64,000 nt of DNA from Auanema rhodensis (Eukaryota > Animalia > Nematoda). Positions 1-10,600 of the stretch are shown here, piece by piece (within the stretch, counting starts at the first letter, position 1; the number at the start of each line of letters is the position of its first letter). The position numbers and the translations under genes are program-made. The stretch covers positions 12,462,001 through 12,526,000 of the forward strand of contig OZ059894.1 of assembly GCA_964057225.1 (NCBI GenBank), in the 5' to 3' direction. The notes under the pieces were generated by a model that searched no databases, was not told where the DNA came from, and saw nothing but the letters and a program-made list of their open reading frames with translations.

Positions 1-1154
1 CATGCCAAACCGTTTTTTCTATCTCACATTATAACAAGTAACTGAACAACATAAGCACATCGAGGTTAAACGAGATTGATCATCATTAAACGAAACGTTT
101 GTATATATGAATGAACTCAACAATTATTTCACCAATAAGCCAATACAACAACATTTTTTTTAATGTGAGACAAATTGAAGCCTAATTTGATGAAAACTTT
201 AGAACAGTTGCAGTGACTCACACATGGAAACACATGCCAAACCGTTTTTTCAGTCTCACAGTATAACAAGTAACTGAACAACATAAGCTCGTCGAGGTTA
301 AACAAGATTGATCATCATTTAACGAAACGTTTAAATATATGAATGAACTTAACAATTATTTTACCAATATGCCAATGCAACAACTTTTTCTAATGTGAGA
401 CAAATTGAAGCCTAAGTTGATGAGAACTTTGGAACAGTTGCAGTGACCCACACATGAAAACACATGCCAAACCGTTTTTTCTATCTCACATTATAACAAG
501 TAACTGAACAACATAAGCACATCGAGGTTAAACGAGATTGATCATCATTAAACGAAACGTTTGTATATATGAATGAACTCAACAATTATTTCACCAATAT
601 GCCAATACAACAACATTTTTTTTAATGTGAGACAAATTGAAGCCTAATTCGATGAAAACTTTAGAACAGTTGCAGTGACTCACACATGGAAACACATGCC
701 AAACCGTTTTTTCTATCTCACAGTATAACAAGTAACTGAACAACATAAGCTCGTCGAGGTTAAACAAGATTGATCATCATTTAACGAAACGTTTAAATAT
801 ATGAATGAACTTAACAATTATTTTACCAATATGCCAATGCAACAACTTTTTCTAATGTGAGACAAATTGAAGCCTAAGTTGATGAGAACTTTGGAACAGT
901 TGCAGTGACTCACACATGAAAACACATGCCAAACCGTTTTTTCTATCTCACATTATAACAAGTAACTGAACAACATAAGCACATCGAGGTTAAACAAGAT
1001 TGATCATCATTTAACGAAACGTTCAAATATATGAATGAACTCAACAATTATTTTACCAATATGCCAATGCAACAACTTTTTCTAATGTGAGACAAATTGA
1101 AGCCTAAGTTGATGAGAACTTTGGAACAGTTGCAGTGACCCACACATGAAAACA

Positions 1155-1384
1155 CATGCCAAACCGTTTTTTCTATCTCACATTATAACAAGTAACTGAA
1201 CAACATAAGCACATCGAGGTTAAACGAGATTGATCATCATTTAACGAAACGTTTAAATATATGAATGAACTCAACAATTATTTTACCAATATGCCAATGC
1301 AACAACTTTTTCTAATGTGAGACAAATTGAAGCCTAAGTTGATGAGAACTTTGGAACAGTTGCAGTGACCCACACATGAAAACA
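1155..1384. repeat. Representative canonical 230-bp monomer
   Basis: Hand count gives 44 C, 33 G (33.5% GC) and 5 CpG. It contains TGATCA (BclI), AACGTT (AclI), TCGA (TaqI) and TTTAAA (DraI). The 232-bp class replaces ACTTTTTCTAATG with ACATTTTTTTTAATG. Confidence 0.97.
1176..1322. repeat. 147-bp degenerate inverted repeat within the monomer (exemplar)
   Basis: TCTCACATTATAACAAGT (1176-1193) has reverse complement ACTTGTTATAATGTGAGA, matching ACTTTTTCTAATGTGAGA (1305-1322) at 16/18. A central AACG-AAA-CGTT lies at 1243-1253. Confidence 0.85.
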
Positions 1385-4300
1385 CATGCCAAACCGTTTT
1401 TTCTATCTCACATTATAACAAGTAACTGAACAACATAAGCACATCGAGGTTAAACGAGATTGATCATCATTAAACGAAACGTTTGTATATATGAATGAAC
1501 TCAACAATTATTTTACCAATATGCCAATACAACAACATTTTTTTTAATGTGAGACAAATTGAAGCCTAATTTGATGAAAACTTTAGAACAGTTGCAGTGA
1601 CTCACACATGGAAACACATGCCAAACCGTTTTTTCTATCTCACAGTATAACAAGTAACTGAACAACATAAGCTCGTCGAGGTTAAACAAGATTGATCATC
1701 ATTTAACGAAACGTTTAAATATATGAATGAACTTAACAATTATTTTACCAATATGCCAATGCAACAACTTTTTCTAATGTGAGACAAATTGAAGCCTAAG
1801 TTGATGAGAACTTTGGAACAGTTGCAGTGACTCACACATGAAAACACATGCCAAACCGTTTTTTCTATCTCACATTATAACAAGTAACTTAACAACATAA
1901 GCACATCGAGGTTAAACGAGATTGATCATCATTTAACGAAACGTTTAAATATATGAATGAACTCAACAATTATTTTACCAATATGCCAATGCAACAACTT
2001 TTTCTAATGTGAGACAAATTGAAGCCTAAGTTGATGAGAACTTTGGAACAGTTGCAGTGACCCACACATGAAAACACATGCCAAACCGTTTTTTCTATCT
2101 CACATTATAACAAGTAACTGAACAACATAAGTTCGTCGAGGTTAAACAAGATTGATCATCATTTAACAAAACGTTTAAATATATGAATGAACTTAACAAT
2201 TATTTTACCAATATGCCAATGCAACAACTTTTTCTAATGTGAGACAAATTGAAGCCTAAGTTGATGAGAACTTTGGAACAGTTGCAGTGACTCACACATG
2301 AAAACACATGCCAAACCGTTTTTTCTATCTCACATTATAACAAGTAACTGAACAACATAAGCCCATCGAGGTTAAACAAGATTGATCATCATTCAACGAA
2401 ACGTTTAAATATATAAATGAACTCAATAATTATTTTACCAATATGCCAATGCAACAACTTTTTATAATGTGAGACAAATTGAAGCCTAAGTTGATGAGAA
2501 CTTTGGAACAGTTGCAGTGACTCACACATGAAAACACATGCCAAACCGTTTTTTCTATCTCACATTATAACAAGTAACTGAACAACATAAGTTCGTCGAG
2601 GTTAAACAAGATTGATCATCATTTAACGAAACGTTTAAATATATGAATGAACTTAACAATTATTTTACCAATATGCCAATGCAACAACTTTTTCTAATGT
2701 GAGACAAATTGAAGCCAAAGTTGATGAGAACTTTGGAACAGTTGCAGTGACCCACACATGAAAACACATGCCAAACCGTTTTTTCTATCTCACATTATAA
2801 CAAGTAACTGAACAACATAAGCACATCGAGGTTAAACGAGATTGATCATCATTAAACGAAACGTTTGTATATATGAATGAACTCAACAATTATTTTACCA
2901 ATATGCCAATGCAACAACTTTTTCTAATGTGAGACAAATTGAAGCCTAAGTTGATGAGAACTTTGGAACAGTTGCAGTGACCCACACATGAAAACACATG
3001 CCAAACCGTTTTTTCTATCTCACATTATAACAAGTAACTGAACAACATAAGCACATCGAGGTTAAACGAGATTGATCATCATTTAACGAAACGTTTAAAT
3101 ATATGAATGAACTCAACAATTATTTTACCAATATGCCAATGCAACAACTTTTTCTAATGTGAGACAAATTGAAGCCTAAGTTGATGAGAACTTTGGAACA
3201 GTTGCAGTGACCCACACATGAAAACACATGCCAAACCGTTTTTTCTATCTCACATTATAACAAGTAACTGAACAACATAAGCACATCGAGGTTAAACGAG
3301 ATTGATCATCATTAAACGAAACGTCTGTATATATGAATGAACTCAACAATTATTTTACCAATATGCCAATACAACAACATTTTTTTAATGTGAGACAAAT
3401 TGAAGCCTAATTTGATGAAAACTTTAGAACAGTTGCAGTGACTCACACATGGAAACACATGCCAAACCGCTTTTTCTATCTCACAGTATAACAAGTAACT
3501 GAACAACATAAGCTCGTCGAGGTTAAACAAGATTGATCATCATTTAACGAAACGTTTAAATATATGAATGAACTTAACAATTATTTTACCAATATGCCAA
3601 TGCAACAACTTTTTCTAATGTGAGACAAATTGAAGCCTAAGTTGATGAGAACTTTGGAACAGTTGCAGTGACTCACACATGAAAACACATGCCAAACCGT
3701 TTTTTCTATCTCACATTATAACAAGTAACTTAACAACATAAGCACATCGAGGTTAAACGAGATTGATCATCAATTAACGAAACGTTTAAATATATGAATG
3801 AACTCAACAATTATTTTACCAATATGCCAATGCAACAACTTTTTCTAATGTGAGACAAATTGAAGCCTAAGTTGATGAGAACTTTGGAACAGTTGCAGTG
3901 ACCCACACATGAAAACACATGCCAAACCGTTTTTTCTATCTCACATTATAACAAGTAACTGAACAACATAAGCCCATCGAGGTTAAACAAGATTGATCAT
4001 CATTCAACGAAACGTTTAAATATATAAATGAACTCAATAATTATTTTACCAATATGCCAATGCAACAACTTTTTATAATGTGAGACAAATTGAAGCCTAA
4101 GTTGATGAGAACTTTGGAACAGTTGCAGTGACTCACACATGAAAACACATGCCAAACCGTTTTTTCTATCTCACATTATAACAAGTAACTGAACAACATA
4201 AGTTCGTCGAGGTTAAACAAGATTGATCATCATTTAACGAAACGTTTAAATATATGAATGAACTTAACAATTATTTTACCAATATGCCAATGCAACAACT

Positions 4301-4649
4301 TTTTCTAATGTGAGACAAATTGAAGCCAAAGTTGATGAGAACTTTGGAACAGTTGCAGTGACCCACACATGAAAACACATGCCAAACCGTTTTTTCTATC
4401 TCACATTATAACAAGTAACTGAACAACATAAGCACATCGAGGTTAAACGAGATTGATCATCATTAAACGAAACGTTTGTATATATGAATGAACTCAACAA
4501 TTATTTTACCAATATGCCAATGCAACAACTTTTTCTAATGTGAGACAAATTGAAGCCTAAGTTGATGAGAACTTTGGAACAGTTGCAGTGACCCACACAT
4601 GAAAACACATGCCAAACCGTTTTTTCTATCTCACATTATAACAAGTAAC

Positions 4650-6960
4650 TGAACAACATAAGCTCGTCGAGGTTAAACAAGATTGATCATCATTTAACAA
4701 AACGTTTAAATATATGAATGAACTTAACAATTATTTTACCAATATGCCAATGCAACAACTTTTTCTAATGTGAGACAAATTGAAGCCTAAGTTATGAGAA
4801 CTTTGGAACAGTTGCAGTGACTCACACATGAAAACACATGCCAAACCGTTTTTTCTATCTCACATTATAACAAGTAACTGAACAACATAAGCACATCGAG
4901 GTTAAACGAGATAGATCATCATTTAACGAAACGTTCAAATATATGAATGAACTCAACAATTATTTTACCAATATGCCAATGCAACAACTTTTTCTAATGT
5001 GAGACAAATTGAAGCCTAAGTTGATGAGAACTTTGGAACAGTTGCAGTGACCCACACATGAAAACACATGCCAAACCGTTTTTTCTATCTCACATTATAA
5101 CAAGTAACTGAACAACATAAGCACATCGAGGTTAAACGAGATTGATCATCATTTAACGAAACGTTTAAATATATGAATGAACTTAACAATTATTTTACCA
5201 ATATGCCAATGCAACAACTTTTTCTAATGTGAGACAAATTGAAGCCTAAGTTGATGAGAACTTTGGAACAGTTGCAGTGACCCACACATGAAAACACATG
5301 CCAAACCGTTTTTTCTATCTCACATTATAACAAGTAACTGAACAACATAAGCACATCGAGGTTAAACGAGATTGATCATCATTTAACGAAACGTTTAAAT
5401 ATATGAATGAACTTAACAATTATTTTACCAATATGCCAATGCAACAACTTTTTCTAATGTGAGACAAATTGAAGCCTAAGTTGATGAGAACTTTGGAACA
5501 GTTGCAGTGACCCACACATGAAAACACATGCCAAACCGTTTTTTCTATCTCACAGTATAACAAGTAACTGAACAACATAAGCTCGTCGAGGTTAAACAAG
5601 ATTGATCATCATTTAACGAAACGTTTAAATATATGAATGAACTTAACAATTATTTTACCAATACGCCAATGCAACAACTTTTTCTAATGTGAGACAAATT
5701 GAAGCCTAAGTTGATGAGAACTTTGGAACAGTTGCAGTGACTCACACATGAAAACACATGCCAAACCGTTTTTTCTATCTCACATTATAACAAGTAACTT
5801 AACAACATAAGCTCGTCGAGGTTAAACAAGATTGATCATCATTTAACAAAACGTTTAAATATATGAATGAACTTAACAATTATTTTACCAATATGCCAAT
5901 GCAACAACTTTTTCTAATGTGAGACAAATTGAAGCCTAAGTTGATGAGAACTTTGGAACAGTTGCAGTGACTCACACATGAAAACACATGCCAAACCGTT
6001 TTTTCTATCTCACATTATAACAAGTAACTGAACAACATAAGCACATCGAGGTTAAACGAGATAGATCATCATTTAACGAAACGTTCAAATATATGAATGA
6101 ACTCAACAATTATTTTACCAATATGCCAATGCAACAACTTTTTCTAATGTGAGACAAGTTGAAGCCTAAGTTGATGAGAACTTTGGAACAGTTGCAGTGA
6201 CCCACACATGAAAACACATGCCAAACCGTTTTTTCTATCTCACATTATAACAAGTAACTGAACAACATAAGCACATCGAGGTTAAACGAGATTGATCATC
6301 ATTTAACGAAACGTTTAAATATATGAATGAACTTAACAATTATTTTACCAATATGCCAATGCAACAACTTTTTCTAATGTGAGACAAATTGAAGCCTAAG
6401 TTGATGAGAACTTTGGAACAGTTGCAGTGACCCACACATGAAAACACATGCCAAACCGTTTTTTCTATCTCACATTATAACAAGTAACTGAACAACATAA
6501 GCACATCGAGGTTAAACGAGATTGATCATCATTTAACGAAACGTTTAAATATATGAATGAACTTAACAATTATTTTACCAATATGCCAATGCAACAACTT
6601 TTTCTAATGTGAGACAAATTGAAGCCTAAGTTGATGAGAACTTTGGAACAGTTGCAGTGACCCACACATGAAAACACATGCCAAACCGTTTTTTCTATCT
6701 CACAGTATAACAAGTAACTGAACAACATAAGCTCGTCGAGGTTAAACAAGATTGATCATCATTTAACGAAACGTTTAAATATATGAATGAACTTAACAAT
6801 TATTTTACCAATACGCCAATGCAACAACTTTTTCTAATGTGAGACAAATTGAAGCCTAAGTTGATGAGAACTTTGGAACAGTTGCAGTGACTCACACATG
6901 AAAACACATGCCAAACCGTTTTTTCTATCTCACATTATAACAAGTAACTTAACAACATAA
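4650..6960. repeat. Tandem duplication of a 5-monomer block (1150 bp)
   Basis: Rare variants ATAGATC (4911/6061) and ATACGCC (5661/6811) both repeat at offset 1150. Boundaries are approximate. Confidence 0.9.
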
Positions 6961-7366
6961 GCACATCGAGGTTAAACGAGATTGATCATCATTTAAAGAA
7001 ACGTTTAAATATATGAATGAACTCAACAATTATTTTACCAATATGCCAATGCAACAACTTTTTCTAATGTGAGACAAATTGAAGCCTAAGTTGATGAGAA
7101 CTTTGGAACAGTTGCAGTGACCCACACATGAAAACACATGCCAAACCGTTTTTTCTATCTCACATTATAACAAGTAACTGAACAACATAAGCACATCGAG
7201 GTTAAACGAGATTGATCATCATTAAACGAAACGTTTGTATATATGAATGAACTTAACTATTATTTCACCAATATGCCAATACAACAACTTTTTTTAATGT
7301 GAGACAAATTGCAGCATAATTGGATGAGAACTTTAGAACAGTTGCAGTGACTCACACTTGAAAACA

Positions 7367-7603
7367 CATGCCAAACCGTTTTTTTTATCTCACAGTACAA
7401 CAGAAAACTAAGCAACATATGAACATTGTGGTTGAACATGATGAGTCATCATTTACCGAAACGTTCGTATATATTATATGAATCAACTTAACAAATATTT
7501 CACCAATATGCCAATACAACAACATTTTTTTTAATGTGAGACAAATTGAAGCCTAATTTGATGAAAACTTTGAAACAGTTGCAGTGACTCACACATGAAA
7601 ACA
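7367..7603. repeat. Diverged 237-bp monomer (type D), first of 26 counted copies
   Basis: Diagnostic CAGTACAACAGAAAACT(G/A)AGCAACATATGAACATTGTGGTTGAACATGATGAGTCATCATTTACCGAAACGTTCG. Copies lie near 7.4, 9.5, 23.9, 25.0, 27.5, 30.2, 32.0, 33.3, 34.9, 37.3, 39.1, 40.4, 42.0, 43.8, 45.8, 47.8, 49.6, 52.2, 54.3, 56.1, 57.5, 58.2, 60.3, 61.2, 62.8 and 63.7 kb. Confidence 0.95.
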
Positions 7604-10600
7604 CATGCCAAACCGTTTTTTCTATCTCACATTATAACAAGTAACTGAACAACATAAGCACATCGAGGTTAAACGAGATTGATCATCATTAAACGAAACG
7701 TTTGTATATATGAATGAACTTAACTATTATTTCTCCAATATGCCAATACAACAACATTTTTTTTAATGTGAGACAAATTGAAGCCTAATTTGATGAAAAC
7801 TTTAGAACAGTTGCAGTGACTCACACATGGAAACACAGGCCAAACCGTTTTTTCTATCTCACAGTATAACAAGTAACTGAACAACATAAGCTCGTCGAGG
7901 TTAAACAAGATTGATCATCATTTAACGAAACGTTTAAATATATGAATGAACTTAACAATTATTTTACCAATATGCCAATGCAACAACTTTTTCTAATGTG
8001 AGACAAATTGAAGCCTAAGTTGATGAGAACTTTGGAACAGTTGCAGTGACCCACACATGAAAACACATGCCAAACCGTTTTTTCTATCTCACATTATAAC
8101 AAGTAACTGAACAACATAAGCACATCGAGGTTAAACGAGATTGATCATCATTAAACGAAACGTTTGTATATATGAATGAACTCAACAATTATTTTACCAA
8201 TATGCCAATACAACAACATTTTTTTTAATGTGAGACAAATTGAAGCCTAATTTGATGAAAACTTTAGAACAGTTGCAGTGACTCACACATGGAAACACAT
8301 GCCAAACCGTTTTTTCTATCTCACAGTATAACAAGTAACTGAACAACATAAGCTCGTCGAGGTTAAACAAGATTGATCATCATTTAACGAAACGTTTAAA
8401 TATATGAATGAACTTAACAATTATTTTACCAATATGCCAATGCAACAACTTTTTCTAATGTGAGACAAATTGAAGCCTAAGTTGATGAGAACTTTGGAAC
8501 AGTTGCAGTGACTCACACATGAAAACACATGCCAAACCGTTTTTTCTATCTCACATTATAACAAGTAACTGAACAACATAAGCACATCGAGGTTAAACGA
8601 GATTGATCATCATTTAACGAAACGTTTAAATATATGAATGAACTCAACAATTATTTTACCAATATGCCAATGCAACAACTTTTTCTAATGTGAGACAAAT
8701 TAAAGCCTAAGTTGATGAGAACTTTGGAACAGTTGCAGTGACCCACACATGAAAACACATGCCAAACCGTTTTTTCTATCTCACATTATAACAAGTAACT
8801 GAACAACATAAGCACATCGAGGTTAAACGAGATTGATCATCATTAAACGAAACGTTTGTATATATGAATGAACTCAACAATTATTTTACCAATATGCCAA
8901 TACAACAACATTTTTTTCAATGTGAGACAAATTGAAGCCTAATTTGATGAAAACTTTAGAACAGTTGCAGTGACTCACACATGGAAACACATGCCAAACC
9001 GTTTTTTCTATCTCACAGTATAACAAGTAACTAAACAACATAAGCTCGTCGAGGTTAAACAAGATTGATCATCATTTAACGAAACGTTTAAATATATGAA
9101 TGAACTTAACAATTATTTTACCAATATGCCAATGCAACAACTTTTTCTAATGTGAGACAAATTGAAGCCTAAGTTGATGAGAACTTTGGAACAGTTGCAG
9201 TGACTCACACATGAAAACACATGCCAAACCGTTTTTTCTATCTCACATTATAACAAGTAACTCAACAACATAAGCACATCGAGGTTAAACGAGATTGATC
9301 ATCATTAAACGAAACGTTTGTATATATGAATGAACTTAACTATTATTTCACCAATATGCCAATACAACAACTTCTTTTAATGTGAGACAAATTGCAGCAT
9401 AATTGGATGAGAACTTTACAACAGTTGCAGTGACTCACACTTGAAAACACATGCCAAACCGTTTTTTTTATCTCACAGTACAACAGAAAACTAAGCAACA
9501 TATGAACATTGTGGTTGAACATGATGAGTCATCATTTACCGAAACGTTCGTATATATTATATGAATCAACTTAACAAATATTTCACCAATATGCCAATAC
9601 AACAACATTTTTTTTAATGTGAGACAAATTGAAGCCTAATTTGATGAAAACTTTGAAACAGTTGCAGTGACTCACACATGAAAACACATGCCAAACCGTT
9701 TTTTCTATCTCACATTATAACAAGTAACTGAACAACATAAGCACATCGAGGTTAAACGAGATTGATCATCATTAAACGAAACGTTTGTATATATGAATGA
9801 ACTTAACTATTATTTCTCCAATATGCCAATACAACAACATTTTTTTTAATGTGAGACAAATTGAAGCCTAATTTGATGAAAACTTTAGAACAGTTGCAGT
9901 GACTCACACATGGAAACACATGCCAAACCGTTTTTTCTATCTCACAGTATAACAAGTAACTGAACAACATAAGCTCGTCGAGGTTAAACAAGATTGATCA
10001 TCATTTAACGAAACGTTTAAATATATGAATGAACTTAACAATTATTTTACCAATATGCCAATGCAACAACTTTTTCTAATGTGAGACAAATTGAAGCCTA
10101 AGTTGATGAGAACTTTGGAACAGTTGCAGTGACCCACACATGAAAACACATGCCAAACCGTTTTTTCTATCTCACATTATAACAAGTAACTGAACAACAT
10201 AAGCACATCGAGGTTAAACGAGATTGATCATCATTTAACGAAACGTTTAAATATATGAATGAACTCAACAATTATTTTACCAATATGCCAATACAACAAC
10301 ATTTTTTTTGATGTGAGACAAATTGAAGCCTAATTTGATGAAAACTTTGAAACAGTTGCAGTGACTCACACATGGAAACACATGCCAAACCGTTTTTTCT
10401 ATCTCACAGTATAACAAGTAACTGAACAACATAAGCACATCGAGGTTAAACGAGATTGATCATCATTAAACGAAACGTTTGTATATATGAATGAACTCAA
10501 CAATTATTTTACCAATATGCCAATACAACAACATTTTTTTTGATGTGAGACAAATTGAAGCCTAAGTTGATGAGAACTTTGGAACAGTTGCAGTGACCCA

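Noticed and set aside
1233-1249. CENP-B box-like start on the minus strand (TTTCGTTAAATGATGAT)
   Set aside because: It matches TTCG and the A of NTTCGNNNNANNCGGGN but lacks the essential CGGG.
1286-1298. Tandem CCAAT boxes with nearby TATA-like runs as a promoter
   Set aside because: Short motifs like these are expected in AT-rich DNA, and there is no downstream gene or transcript evidence.
1156-1314. Direct internal subrepeat (ATGCCAA...TTTTTCTA twice per monomer)
   Set aside because: The similarity is limited to two short words with unequal spacing and does not extend. The inverted relationship explains the monomer better.
1155-1384. Tandem 5S rRNA, tRNA, snRNA or spliced-leader gene array
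   Set aside because: I could not recognise any such sequence, cloverleaf or Pol III A/B/C boxes. An Rfam/Infernal search would settle it.
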